Assembly: GCA_964016885.1 (NCBI GenBank)
Contig: OZ024740.1
Location: 267,034,001 to 267,098,000, forward strand
Direction of reading: 5' to 3'
Origin: Eledone cirrhosa
Lineage: Eukaryota
Length of the DNA stretch: 64,000 nt
Both the position numbers and the translations under genes were made by a program. The notes under the pieces were generated by a model. That model saw only the letters and a program-made list of their open reading frames with translations. It searched no databases and was not told the origin of the DNA. This document shows, piece after piece, positions 8,670 to 21,637 of this stretch. Numbering within the stretch: the first letter of the stretch is position 1; each line of letters begins with the position of its first letter.

Positions 8670-8790
8670 AGATGATTGCTTCGATCAAATATTTTCTTAT
8701 CAAATACATTTACATTTGTTTTAATTTAGTGAAATTGAAACAAATATAAATGTGCTTGATGAGGCAATATTTGTTCAGCAATAAACGTGC

Positions 8791-8863
8791 TGTTTCATGG
8801 TGTAGTGGTTATCACATATGCTTAACACGCAGAAGGTAGTGAGTTCGAAACTCGCTGGAACCT
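8791..8863 (+). tRNA. tRNA-Val-AAC: tRNA-Val(AAC), degenerate
   Basis: Several stem changes. Confidence 0.55.
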
Positions 8864-9133
8864 TAATTTCGCTGTATAATTTTTTTTTCCTCAGTTGTGT
8901 TTTATTCGTCAGCATCTCACAAATTTCCTCTATCTATCTCTTCCATTATTTCTATATCCAGTGTTGTTTACTTTTCCAATGATGGAAAATTTTAGCACTT
9001 CTTCCTTTTTATCTAATACTTTAAAAACAAAAGGAAGCATCTTTAGATGTAAATGAAATATTATTGATTTTTTAATAAAAATTTAATATTAAGTGTGATT
9101 ATACCGAATATTGAACTCCCGACAATTTGACTA

Positions 9134-9206
9134 AGGTTCCAGTGAGTCTCAAACTCATGACCTTCTGTGCGCTAAGAAGGTGTGACAGCTACTACACTAT
9201 GGGAGC
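9134..9206 (-). pseudogene. Decayed Val-type tRNA (AGC)
   Basis: As 854-926, more diverged. Confidence 0.65.
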
Positions 9207-10147
9207 AATTACGGTCCAGTTTATCGAATAATTTTCTTTTATAGATATCTTGTGAATTTGAATTTTTTTTATCTTGACTAATATTTATATGTATAGTCTA
9301 GACTTATAAAAGCTGGTAACCAAAGGGTTGCATCCTAACAAATATTGCCTCGCGATATATCAACGACTATCAATACGTTAGGGAATTTCTTCAATTTTTT
9401 TTAACGACAAAGTATGAATTTGAAATTTGATTGTTATTTCTAGCAGTTCCAAAAACAGCGTGGAACCTCTTTGGCTGGCTAATCTTTTTATATTTGGAAG
9501 TGTATAAATACGGAAACTCTATAGATAATGAACACAACCACAAGTATATAGTCCCAACGTGGAAGAGCTGAACTCTCACTGTCATCGCCTCCATCACTCT
9601 CGCCCTCCCCATCTTTCTGTATGGTGTAAAAATGGGGTCCCACGTGTTGGTCTCCCCACAGCCCTGGCGGACAGAATGGAGAAGGCGTTTTCCCGGAGGT
9701 TAGTAAGGAAGATGCACTGGTAGAGCCATTCTAACTCCGAGGCCCAAACCTGCATCTAGCCAGCTCATCGCCAATTGTGGTGCGTAGGGAATTAGCCCTA
9801 GGGCCAAGAACACCAGAAGTCTCTACTGCCGAGGGCACGACCGCAAACCTGTCGTAGAGGGATCGGTTCTTGCCCTGTCAAACACGTTTACGTTTCTCCC
9901 AATTTAGTGAAAGTTGTATAAATTTAGAAGCTGTTGATTAACAATGTAAATACAACGTTATGAATGGTTACTAATATATAGCATCTACGTCAAGTACTTT
10001 TGTCAAACCCAGGTCAGCACAATTCCAACGTTGGTAAAATATACAGTACTGGATATAGTAATCGACGGGAAGTTAGTCAGAAGAAATATCTGAGATTCTA
10101 TCAAACACAACACAATATGAAATAGAAGTAAAAAAAGAAGCATATAA

Positions 10148-10220
10148 AGGTTCCAGCGAGTTTCGAACTCACGACCTTCTGCGTGTAAAGCAGATGTGAT
10201 AACCACTACACAATGGAACC
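10148..10220 (-). tRNA. tRNA-Val-TAC: tRNA-Val(TAC)
   Basis: Near consensus. Confidence 0.72.
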
Positions 10221-10341
10221 AGATGATTGCTTCGATCAAATATTGTCTTATCAAACACATTTACATTTGTTTTAATTTAGTGAAATTGAAACAAATATAA
10301 ATGTGGTTGATGAGGCAATATTTGGTCGACAATTAATGTAT

Positions 10342-10414
10342 GGTTCCATGGTGTAGTGGTTATCACATCTGCTTAACACGCAGAAGGTCGTGAGTTCGAA
10401 ACTCGCTGGAACCT
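10342..10414 (+). tRNA. tRNA-Val-AAC: tRNA-Val(AAC)
   Basis: Consensus intact cloverleaf. Confidence 0.8.
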
Positions 10415-10685
10415 TAGTTTCGCTCTATTATTTTTCTTTTCTCAGTTGTGTTTTATTTGTCAACATCTCACATATTTCCTCTATCTATCTCTTCCATTAT
10501 TTCTATATCCAGTGTTGTTTACTTTTCCAATGGTGGAAAATGTTAGCACTTCTTCCTTTTTATCTAATAATTTAAAAACAAAAGGAAGCATCTTTAGATG
10601 TAAATGAAATATTATTGATTTTTTAATTAAAATTTAATATTAAGTGTGATTATACCGAATATTGAACTCCCGACAATTTGACTAA

Positions 10686-10758
10686 ATTTTCCAGTGAGTC
10701 TCAAACTCATGACCTTCTGTGTGCTAAGCAGACGTGATAGCCACTACACTATGGGAGC
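10686..10758 (-). pseudogene. Decayed Val-type tRNA (AGC)
   Basis: As 854-926. Confidence 0.65.
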
Positions 10759-11699
10759 AATTACGGTCAAGTTTATCGAAAAATTTTCTTTTATAGATAT
10801 CTTGTGATTTTGAAATTCTTATCTTGACTAATATTTATATGTATAGTCTAGACTTAGAAAAGCTAGGAACCAAAGGGTTGCATCCTAACAAATATTTTGT
10901 CGCGATATATCAACGACTATCTATACTTTAGCGAATTTCTTCAATTTTTTTTTAACGACAAAATATGATTTTCAAATTTGATTGTTATTTCTAGCAGTTA
11001 AAAAAACAGCGTAGAACCTCTTTGGCCGGCTAATCTTTTTTTATTTGGAAGAGGTTAAATACGGAAACTCTATAGATAATGAACACAACCACAAGTATAT
11101 AGTCCCAACGTGGAAGAGCTGAACTCTCACTGTCATCGCCTCCATCACTCTCGCCCTCCCCATCTTTCTGTATGGTGTAAAAATGGGGTCCCACGTGTTG
11201 GTCTCCCCACAGCCCCGGCGGACAGAATGGAGAAGGCGTTTTCCCGGAGGTTAGTAAGGAAGATGCACTGGTAGAGCCATTCTAACTCCGAGGCCCAAAC
11301 CTGCATCTAGCCAGCTCATCGCCAATTGTGGTGCGTAGGGAATTAGCCCTAGGGCCAAGAACACCAGAAGTCTCTACTGCCGAGGGCACGACCGCAAACC
11401 TGTCGTAGAGGGATCGGTTCTTGCCCTGTCAAACACGTTTACGTTTCTCCCAATTTAGTGAAAGTTGTATAAATTTAGAAGCTGTTGATAAACAATGTAA
11501 ATACAACGTTATGAATGGTTACTAATATTTAGCATCTACGTCAAGTACTTTTGTCAAACCCAGGTCAGCACAATTCCAACATTGGTAAAATATACAGTAC
11601 TGGATATAGTAATCGACAGGAAGTTAGTCAGACGAAATATCTGAGATTCTATCAAACACAACACAATATGAAATAGAAGGAAAAAAATGATGCATATAA

Positions 11700-11772
11700 A
11701 GGTTCCAGCGACTTTCGAACTCACGACCTTCTGCGTGTAAAGCAGATGTGATAACCACTACACCATGGAACC
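11700..11772 (-). tRNA. tRNA-Val-TAC: tRNA-Val(TAC), T-stem variant
   Basis: One T-stem mismatch. Confidence 0.65.
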
Positions 11773-11893
11773 AGATGATTGCTTCGATCAAATATTGTCT
11801 TATCAAACACATTTACATTTGTTTTAATTTAGTGAAATTGAAACAAATATAAATGTGGTTGATGAGGCAATATTTGGTCGACAATTAATGTAT

Positions 11894-11966
11894 GGTTCCA
11901 TGGTGTAGTGGTTATCACATCTGCTTAACACGCAGAAGGTCGTGAGTTCGAAACTCGCTGGAACCT
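11894..11966 (+). tRNA. tRNA-Val-AAC: tRNA-Val(AAC)
   Basis: Consensus. Confidence 0.8.
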
Positions 11967-12237
11967 TAGTTTCGCTCTATTATTTTTCTTTTCTCAGTTG
12001 TGTTTTATTTGTCAACATCTCACATATTTCCTCTATCTATCTCTTCCATTATTTCTATATCCAGTGTTGTTTACTTTTCCAATGGTGGAAAATGTTAGCA
12101 CTTCTTCCTTTTTATCTAATAATTTAAAAACAAAAGGAAGCATCTTTAGATGTAAATGAAATATTATTGATTTTTTAATTAAAATTTAATATTAAGTGTG
12201 ATTATACCGAATATTGAACTCCCGACAATTTGACTAA

Positions 12238-12310
12238 ATTTTCCAGTGAGTCTCAAACTCATGACCTTCTGTGTGCTAAGCAGACGTGATAGCCACTACA
12301 CTATGGGAGC
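12238..12310 (-). pseudogene. Decayed Val-type tRNA (AGC)
   Basis: As 854-926. Confidence 0.65.
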
Positions 12311-13249
12311 AATTACGGTCAAGTTTATCGAATAATTTTCTTTTAAAAATATCTTGTGATTTTGAAATTCTTATCTTGACTAATATTTATATGTATAGTC
12401 TAGACTTAGAAAAGCTAGGAACCAAAGGGTTGCATCCTAACAAATATTTTGTCGCGATATATCAACGACTATCTATACTTTAGCGAATTTCTTCAATTTT
12501 TTTTTAACGACAAAATATGATTTTCAAATTTGATTGTTATTTCTAGCAGTTAAAAAAACAGCGTAGAACCTCTTTGGCCGGCTAATCTTTTTTTATTTGG
12601 AAGAGGTTAAATACGGAAACTCTATAGATAATGAACACAACCACAAGTATAGGGTCCGAACGTGGAAGAGCTGAACTCTCACTGTCATCGCCTCCATCAC
12701 TCTCCTCCTCCCCATCTTTCTGTATGTTGAACAAATGTGGTCCCACGTGTTGGTCTACCACAGCCCCGGCGGACAGAATGGAGAAGGCGTTTTCCCGGAG
12801 GTTAGTAAGGAATATGCACTGGAAGAGCCATTCTAACTCCGAGGCCCAAACCTGCGTCTAGCCAGCTCAGCGCCAATTATGGTTCGTAGGGAAGTACTCC
12901 TAGAGCCAAGTACACCAGAAGTCTTTACTGCCGAGGGCACGATAGCAAACCTGTCGTAGAGCGATCGGTTCTTGCCCTGTCAAACACTTTTACGTTTCTC
13001 CCAATTTAGTGAAAGTTGTATGAATTTAGAAGCTGTTGATTAACAATGTAAATACAACGTTATGAATGGTTACTAATATTTAGCATCTAGGTCAAGTACT
13101 TTTGTCGAACCCAGGTCAGCACAATTCCAACATTGGTAAAATATTCAGTACTAGATATAGTAATCGACGGGAAGTTTATCAGAAGAAATATCTGAGATTC
13201 TATCAAACACAACACAATATGAAATAGAAGGAAAAAAAGAATCATATAA

Positions 13250-13322
13250 AGGTTCCAGCGAGTTTCGAACTCACGACCTTCTGCGTGTAAAGCAGATGTG
13301 ATAACCACTACACCATGGAACC
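13250..13322 (-). tRNA. tRNA-Val-TAC: tRNA-Val(TAC)
   Basis: Consensus. Confidence 0.8.
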
Positions 13323-13443
13323 AGATGATTGCTTTGATCAAATATTGTATTATCAAACACATTTACATCTGTTTTAATTTAGTGAAATTGAAACAAATAT
13401 AAATGTGCTTGATGAGGCAATATTTGGTCGACAATCAATGTAC

Positions 13444-13516
13444 GGTTCCATGGTGTAGTGGTTATCACATCTGCTTAACACGCAGAAGGTCGTGCGTTCG
13501 AAACTCGCTGGAACCT
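13444..13516 (+). tRNA. tRNA-Val-AAC: tRNA-Val(AAC), T-stem variant
   Basis: GTGCG T-stem. Confidence 0.68.
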
Positions 13517-13787
13517 TAGTTTCGCTATATTAATTTTTGTTCCTCAGTTGTATTTCATTCGTCAGCATCTCACATATTTCCTCTATCTATCTATTCCATT
13601 ATTTCTATATCCAGTGTTGTTTACTTTACCAATGATGGAAAACTTTAGCTCTTCTTCCTTTTATCAAATACTTTAAAAACAAAAGGAAGCATCTTTAGAT
13701 GTATACGAAATATTTTTTTTATTTTTAAATTAAAATTTAATATTAAGTGTGATTATACCGAATATTGAACTCCCGACAATTTGACTA

Positions 13788-13860
13788 AGGTTCCAGTGAG
13801 TCTCAAACTCATGACCTTCTGTGTGCTAAGCAGACGTGATAGCCACTACACTATGGGAGC
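13788..13860 (-). pseudogene. Decayed Val-type tRNA (AGC)
   Basis: As 854-926. Confidence 0.7.
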
Positions 13861-14800
13861 AATTACGGTCCAGTTTATCGAATAATTTTCTTTCATAGAT
13901 ATCTTGTGAATTTGAATTTTTTTATCTTGACTAATATTTATATGTATAGTCTAGACTTAGAAAAGCTAGTAACCAAAGGGTTGCATCCTAACAAATATTG
14001 CCTTGCGATATATCAACGACTATCTATACGTTAGCGAATTTCTTCAATTTTTTGAACGACAAAATATGATTTTCAAATTTGATGGTTATTTCTAGCAGTT
14101 CCAAAAACAGCGTAGAACCTCTTTGGCCGGCTAATCTTTTTTATATTTGGAAGTGTTTAAATACGGAAACTCGATAGATAATGAACACAACCACAAGGAT
14201 ATAGTCCCAACGTGGAAGAGCTGAACTCTCAATGTCATCGCCTCCATCACTCTCGCCCTCCCCATCTTTATGTATGGTGAAAAAATGTGGTCCCACGTGT
14301 TGGTCTACCACAGCCCCGGCGGACAGAATGGAGAAGGCGTTTTCCCGGAGGTTAGTAAGGAATATGCACTGGAAGAGCCATTCTAACTCCGAGGCCCAAA
14401 CCTGCGTCTAGCCAGCTCAGCGCCAATTATGGTTCGTAGGGAAGTACTCCTAGAGCCAAGTACACCAGAAGTCTTTACTGCAGAGGGCACGATAGCAAAC
14501 CTGTCGTAGGGCGATCGGTTCTTGCCCTGTCAAACACGTTTACGTTTCTCCCAACTTAGTGAAAGTTGTATAAATTTAGAAGCTGTTGATAAACAATGTA
14601 AATACAACGTTATGAATGGTTACTAATATTTAGCATCTACGTCAAGTACTTTTGTCAAACCCAGGTCAGCACAATTCCAACATTGGTAAAATATACAGTA
14701 CTGGATATAGTAATCGACAGGAAGTTAGTCAGACGAAATATCTGAGATTCTATCAAACACAACACAATATGAAATAGAAGGAAAAAAATGAAGCATATAA

Positions 14801-14873
14801 AGGTTCCAGCGAGTTTCGAACTCACGACCTTCTGCGTGTGAAGCAGATGTGATAACCACTACACCATAGAACC
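14801..14873 (-). tRNA. tRNA-Val-CAC: tRNA-Val(CAC)
   Basis: As 8597-8669. Confidence 0.72.
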
Positions 14874-14994
14874 AGATGATTGCTTCGATCAAATATTTTC
14901 TTATCAAATACATTTACATTTGTTTTAATTTAGTGAAATTGAAACAAATATAAATGTGCTTGATGAGGCAATATTTGTTCAGCAATAAACGTGC

Positions 14995-15067
14995 GGTTTC
15001 ATGGTGTAGTGGTTATCACATATGCTTAACACGAAGAAGGTAGTAAGTTCGAAACTCGCTGGAACCT
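14995..15067 (+). tRNA. tRNA-Val-AAC: tRNA-Val(AAC), degenerate
   Basis: Stem mismatches. Confidence 0.5.
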
Positions 15068-15337
15068 TAATTTCGCTGTATAATTTTTTTTTCCTCAGTT
15101 GTGTTTTATTCGTCAGCATCTCACAAATTTCCTCTATCTATCTCTTCCATTATTTCTATATCCAGTGTTGTTTACTTTTCCAATGATGGAAAATTTTAGC
15201 ACTTCTTCCTTTTTATCTAATACTTTAAAAACAAAAGGAAGCATCTTTAGATGTAAATGAAATATTATTGATTTTTTAATAAAAATTTAATATTAAGTGT
15301 GATTATACCGAATATTGAACTCCCGACAATTTGACTA

Positions 15338-15410
15338 AGGTTCCAGTGAGTCTCAAACTCATGACCTTCTGTGCGCTAAGAAGGTGTGACAGCTACTACA
15401 CTATGGGAGC
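15338..15410 (-). pseudogene. Decayed Val-type tRNA (AGC)
   Basis: As 9134-9206. Confidence 0.65.
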
Positions 15411-16352
15411 AATTACGGTCCAGTTTATCGAATAATTTTCTTTTATAGATATCTTGTGAATTTGAATTTTTTTTATCTTGACTAATATTTATATGTATAG
15501 TCTAGACTTATAAAAGCTGGTAACCAAAGGGTTGCATCCTAACAAATATTGCCTCGCGATATATCAACGACTATCAATACGTTAGGGAATTTCTTCAATT
15601 TTTTTTAACGACAAAGTATGAATTTGAAATTTGATTGTTATTTCTAGCAGTTCCAAAAACATCGTGGAACCTCTTTGGCTGGCTAATCTTTTTATATTTG
15701 GAAGTGTATAAATACGGAAACTCTATAGATAATGAACACAACCACAAGTATATAGTCCCAACGTGGAAGAGCTGAACTCTCACTGTCATCGCCTCCATCA
15801 CTCTCGCCCTCCCCATCTTTCTGTATGGTGTAAAAATGGGGTCCCACGTGTTGGTCTCCCCACAGCCCCGGCGGACAGAATGGAGAAGGCGTTTTCCCGG
15901 AGGTTAGTAAGGAAGATGCACTGGTAGAGCCATTCTAACTCCGAGGCCCAAACCTGCATCTAGCCAGCTCATCGCCAATTGTGGTGCGTAGGGAATTAGC
16001 CCTAGGGCCAAGAACACCAGAAGTCTCTACTGCCGAGGGCACGACCGCAAACCTGTCGTAGAGGGATCGGTTCTTGCCCTGTCAAACACGTTTACGTTTC
16101 TCCCAATTTAGTGAAAGTTGTATAAATTTAGAAGCTGTTGATTAACAATGTAAATACAACGTTATGAATGGTTACTAATATTTAGCATCTACGTCAAGTA
16201 CTTTTGTCAAACCCAGGTCAGCACAATTCCAACGTTGGTAAAATATACAGTACTGGATATAGTAATCGACGGGAAGTTAGTCAGAAGAAATATCTGAGAT
16301 TCTATCAAACACAACACAATATGAAATAGAAGGAAAAAAATGAAGCATATAA

Positions 16353-16425
16353 AGGTTCCAGCGAGTTTCGAACTCACGACCTTCTGCGTGTGAAGCAGAT
16401 GTGATAACCACTACACCATAGAACC
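16353..16425 (-). tRNA. tRNA-Val-CAC: tRNA-Val(CAC)
   Basis: As 8597-8669. Confidence 0.72.
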
Positions 16426-16546
16426 AGATGATTGCTTCGATCAAATATTTTCTTATCAAATACATTTACATTTGTTTTAATTTAGTGAAATTGAAACAAA
16501 TATAAATGTGCTTGATGAGGCAATATTTGTTCAGCAATAAACGTGC

Positions 16547-16619
16547 GGTTTCATGGTGTAGTGGTTATCACATATGCTTAACACGAAGAAGGTAGTAAGT
16601 TCGAAACTCGCTGGAACCT
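16547..16619 (+). tRNA. tRNA-Val-AAC: tRNA-Val(AAC), degenerate
   Basis: Stem mismatches. Confidence 0.5.
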
Positions 16620-16890
16620 TAATTTCGCTGTATAATTTTTCTTTTCTCAGTTTTGTTTTATTTGTCAACATCTCACATATTTCCTCTATCTATCTCTTCC
16701 ATTATTTCTATATCCAGTGTTGTTTACTTTTCCAATGGTGGAAAATGTTAGCACTTCTTCCTTTTTATCTAATAATTTAAAAACAAAAGGAAGCATCTTT
16801 AGATGTAAATGAAATATTATTGATTTTTTAATTAAAATTTAATATTAAGTGTGATTATACCGAATATTGAACTCCCGACAATTTGACTAA

Positions 16891-16963
16891 ATTTTCCAGT
16901 GAGTCTCAAACTCATGACCTTCTGTGTGCTAAGCAGACGTGATAGCCACTACACTATGGGAGC
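16891..16963 (-). pseudogene. Decayed Val-type tRNA (AGC)
   Basis: As 854-926. Confidence 0.65.
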
Positions 16964-17903
16964 AATTACGGTCAAGTTTATCGAATAATTTTCTTTTATA
17001 GATATCTTGTGATTTTGAAATTCTTATCTTGACTAATATTTATATGTATAGTCTAGACTTAGAAAAGCTAGGAACCAAAGGGTTGCATCCTAACAAATAT
17101 TTTGTCGCGATATATCAACGACTATCTATACTTTAGCGAATTTCTTCAATTTTTTTTTAACGACAAAATATGATTTTCAAATTTGATTGTTATTTCTAGC
17201 AGTTAAAAAAACAGCGTAGAACCTCTTTGGCCGGCTAATCTTTTTTTATTTGGAAGAGGTTAAATACGGAAACTCTATAGATAATGAACACAACCACAAG
17301 TATAGGGTCCGAACGTGGAAGAGCTGAACTCTCACTGTCATCGCCTCCATCACTCTCCTCCTCCCCATCTTTCTGTATGTTGAACAAATGTGGTCCCACG
17401 TGTTGGTCTACCACAGCCCCGGCGGACAGAATGGAGAAGGCGTTTTCCCGGAGGTTAGTAAGGAATATGCACTGGAAGAGCCATTCTAACTCCGAGGCCC
17501 AAACCTGCGTCTAGCCAGCTCAGCGCCAATTATGGTTCGTAGGGAAGTACTCCTAGAGCCAAGTACACCAGAAGTCTTTACTGCAGAGGGCACGATAGCT
17601 AACCTGTCGTAGGGCGATCGGTTCTTGCCCTGTCAAACACGTTTACGTTTCTCCCAATTTAGTGAAAGTTGTATAAATTTAGAAGCTGTTGATAAACAAT
17701 GTAAATACAACGTTATGAATGGTTACTAATATTTAGCATCTACGTCAAGTACTTTTGTCAAACCCAGGTCAGCACAATTCCAACATTGGTAAAATATACA
17801 GTACTGGATATAGTAATCGACAGGAAGTTAGTCAGACGAAATATCTGAGATTCTATCAAACACAACACAATATGAAATAGAAGGAAAAAAATGAAGCATA
17901 TAA

Positions 17904-17976
17904 AGGTTCCAGCGAGTTTCGAACTCACGACCTTCTGCGTGTAAAGCAGATGTGATAACCACTACACCATAGAACC
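17904..17976 (-). tRNA. tRNA-Val-TAC: tRNA-Val(TAC)
   Basis: Near consensus. Confidence 0.72.
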
Positions 17977-18097
17977 AGATGATTGCTTCGATCAAATATT
18001 TTCTTATCAAATACATTTACATTGGTTTTAATTTAGTGAAATTGAAACAAATATAAATGTGCTTGATGAGGCAATATTTGTTCAGCAATAAACGTGC

Positions 18098-18170
18098 GGT
18101 TTCATGGTGTAGTGGTTATCACATATGCTTAACGCGCAGAAGGTAGTGAGTTCGAAACTCGCTGGAACCT
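18098..18170 (+). tRNA. tRNA-Val-AAC: tRNA-Val(AAC), variant
   Basis: Several changes. Confidence 0.55.
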
Positions 18171-18440
18171 TAATTTCGCTGTATAATTTTTTTTTCCTCA
18201 GTTGTGTTTTATTCGTCAGCATCTCACAAATTTCCTCTATCTATCTCTTCCATTATTTCTATATCCAGTGTTGTTTACTTTTCCAATGATGGAAAATTTT
18301 AGCACTTCTTCCTTTTTATCTAATACTTTAAAAACAAAAGGAAGCATCTTTAGATGTAAATGAAATATTATTGATTTTTTAATAAAAATTTAATATTAAG
18401 TGTGATTATACCGAATATTGAACTCCCGACAATTTGACTA

Positions 18441-18513
18441 AGGTTCCAGTGAGTCTCAAACTCATGACCTTCTGTGCGCTAAGAAGGTGTGACAGCTACT
18501 ACACTATGGGAGC
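18441..18513 (-). pseudogene. Decayed Val-type tRNA (AGC)
   Basis: As 9134-9206. Confidence 0.65.
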
Positions 18514-19442
18514 AATTACGGTCCAGTTTATCGAATAATTTTCTTTTATAGATATCTTGTGAATTTGAATTTTTTTTATCTTGACTAATATTTATATGTA
18601 TAGTCTAGACTTATAAAAGCTGGTAACCAAAGGGTTGCATCCTAACAAATATTGCCTCGCGATATATCAACGACTATCAATACGTTAGGGAATTTCTTCA
18701 ATTTTTTTTAACGACAAAGTATGAATTTGAAATTTGATTGTTATTTCTAGCAGTTCCAAAAACAGCGTAGAACCTCTTTGGCTGGCTAATCTTTTTATAT
18801 TTGGAAGTGTTTAAATACGGAAACTCTATAGATAATGAACACAACCACAAGTATATAGTCCCAACGTGGAAGAGCTGAACTCTCACTGTCATCGCCTCCA
18901 TCACTCTCGCCCTCCCCATCTTTCTGTATGGTGTAAAAATGGGGTCCCACGTGTTGGTCTCCCCACAGCCCCGGCGGACAGAATGGAGAAGGCGTTTTCC
19001 CGGAGGTTAGTAAGGAAGATGCACTGGTAGAGCCATTCTAACTCCGAGGCCCAAACCTGCATCTAGCCAGCTCATCGCCAATTGTGGTGCGTAGGGAATT
19101 AGCCCTAGGGCCAAGAACACCAGAAGTCTCTACTGCCGAGGGCACGACCGCAAACCTGTCGTAGAGGGATCGGTTCTTGCCCTGTCAAACACGTTTACGT
19201 TTCTCCCAATTTAGTGAAAGTTGTATAAATTTAGAAGCTGTTGATTAACAATGTAAATACAACGTTATTAATGGTTACTAATATTTAGCATCTACGTCAA
19301 GTACTTTTGTCAAACCCAGGTCAGCACAATTCCAACGTTGGTAAAATATACAGTACTGGATATAGTAATCGACGGGAAGTTAGTCAGAAGAAATATCTGA
19401 GATTCTATCAAACACAACACAATATGAAATAGAAGGATATAA

Positions 19443-19515
19443 AGGTTCCAGCGACTTTCGAACTCACGACCTTCTGCGTGTAAAGCAGATGTGATAACCA
19501 CTACACCATGGAACC
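19443..19515 (-). tRNA. tRNA-Val-TAC: tRNA-Val(TAC), T-stem variant
   Basis: As 11700-11772. Confidence 0.65.
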
Positions 19516-19636
19516 AGATGATTGCTTCGATCAAATATTGTCTTATCAAACACATTTACATTTGTTTTAATTTAGTGAAATTGAAACAAATATAAATGTG
19601 GTTGATGAGGCAATATTTGGTCGACAATTAATGTAT

Positions 19637-19709
19637 GGTTCCATGGTGTAGTGGTTATCACATCTGCTTAACACGCAGAAGGTAGTGAGTTCGAAACTCG
19701 CTGGAACCC
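19637..19709 (+). tRNA. tRNA-Val-AAC: tRNA-Val(AAC)
   Basis: Near consensus. Confidence 0.72.
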
Positions 19710-19980
19710 TAATTTCGCTGTATAATTTTTTTTTCCTCAGTTGTGTTTTATTCGTCAGCATCTCACATATTTCCTCTATCTATCTCTTCCATTATTTCTA
19801 TATCCAGTGTTGTTTACTTTTCCAATGGTGGAAAATGTTAGCACTTCTTCCTTTTTATCTAATAATTTAAAAACAAAAGGAAGCATCTTTAGATGTAAAT
19901 GAAATATTATTGATTTTTTAATTAAAATTTAATATTAAGTGTGATTATACCGAATATTGAACTCCCGACAATTTGACTAA

Positions 19981-20053
19981 ATTTTCCAGTGAGTCTCAAA
20001 CTCATGACCTTCTGTGTGCTAAGCAGACGTGATAGCCACTACACTATGGGAGC
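19981..20053 (-). pseudogene. Decayed Val-type tRNA (AGC)
   Basis: As 854-926. Confidence 0.65.
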
Positions 20054-20981
20054 AATTACGGTCAAGTTTATCGAATAATTTTCTTTTATAGATATCTTGT
20101 GATTTTGAAATTCTTATCTTGACTAATATTTATATGTATAGTCTAGACTTAGAAAAGCTAGTAACCAAAGGGTTGCATCCTAACAAATATTTTGTCGCGA
20201 TATATCAACGACTATCTATACTTTAGCGAATTTCTTCAATTTTTTTTTAACGACAAAATATGATTTTCAAATTTGATTGTTATTTCTAGCAGTTAAAAAA
20301 ACAGCGTAGAACCTCTTTGGCTGGCTAATCTTTTTTTATTTGGAAGAGGTTAAATACGGAAACTCTATAGATAATGAACACAACCACAAGTATAGGGTCC
20401 GAACGTGGAAGAGCTGAACTCTCAATGTCATCGCCTCCATCACTCTCCTCCTCCCCATCTTTCTGTATGTTGAACAAATGTGGTCCCACGTATTGGTCTC
20501 CCCACAGCCCCGGCGGACAGAATGGAGAAGGCCTTTTCCCGGAGGTTAGTAAGGAAGATGCACTGGTAGAGCCATTCTAACTCCGACGCCCAAACCTGCA
20601 TCCAACCAGCTCAGTGCCAATTGTGGTGCGTAGGGAAGTAGCACTAGGGCCAAGTACACCAGAAGTCTCTACTGCCGAGGGCACGACCGCAAACCTGTCG
20701 TAGAGGGATCGGTTCTTGCCCTGTCAAACACGTTTACGTTTCTCCCAATTTAGTGAAAGTTGTATAAATTTAGAAGCTGTTGATTAACAATGTAAATACA
20801 ACGTTATGAATGGTTACTAATATTTAGCATCTACGTCAAGTACTTTTGTCAAACCCAGGTCAGCACAATTCCAATATTGGTAAAATATTCAGTACTGGAT
20901 ATAGTAATCGACGGGAAGTTAGTCAGAAGAAATATCTGAGATTCTATCAAACACAACACAATATGAAATAGAAGCATATAA

Positions 20982-21054
20982 AGATTCCAGCGAGTTTCGA
21001 ACTCACGACATTCTGCGTGTAAAGCAGATGTGATAACCATTGCACCATGGAACC
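20982..21054 (-). tRNA. tRNA-Val-TAC: tRNA-Val(TAC), degenerate
   Basis: D-loop and acceptor changes. Confidence 0.5.
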
Positions 21055-21175
21055 AGATGATTGTTTCGATCAAATATTGTCTTATCAAACACATTTTCAT
21101 TGGTTTTAATTTAGTGAAATTGAAACAAATATAAATGTGCTTGATGAGGCAATATTTAGTCGACAATAAACAAGC

Positions 21176-21248
21176 GGTTCCATGGTGTAGTGGTTATCAC
21201 ATCTGCTTCACACGCAGAAGGTCGTGAGTTCGAAACTCGCTGGAACCT
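21176..21248 (+). tRNA. tRNA-Val-CAC: tRNA-Val(CAC)
   Basis: Consensus. Confidence 0.8.
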
Positions 21249-21338
21249 TACTTAAGCTCTTTTATTTTTCTTTCTCAGTTGTATTTTATTTGTCAGCATC
21301 TCACATATTTCCTTTATCTATCTCTTCCATTATTTCTA

Positions 21339-21442
21339 ATCCCACGAGGATGACTTTGCCTTTCAACCTTACCGGGTCGATAAAATAAAGTACAGGTAAT
21401 GCACTGGGTAAAATTGTTTGCCTTGAGCGTAAAGTAGAAACA
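21339..21442 (+). mobile_element. SINE fragment
   Basis: As 24-127. Confidence 0.7.
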
Positions 21443-21564
21443 ATTATTTCTATATCCAGTGTTGTTTACTTTTCCAATGATGGAAAACTTTAGCTCTTCT
21501 TCCTTTTTTCAAATACTTTAAACACAACACAACATGAAATAGAAGGAAAAAAAGAAGCATATAA

Positions 21565-21637
21565 AATTTACAGCTAGTTTCGAACTCACGACCTTCTGCG
21601 TGTAAAGCAGATGTGATAACCACTACACCATGGAACC
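21565..21637 (-). pseudogene. tRNA-Val(TAC) with broken acceptor stem
   Basis: 3' strand degenerate. Confidence 0.6.
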
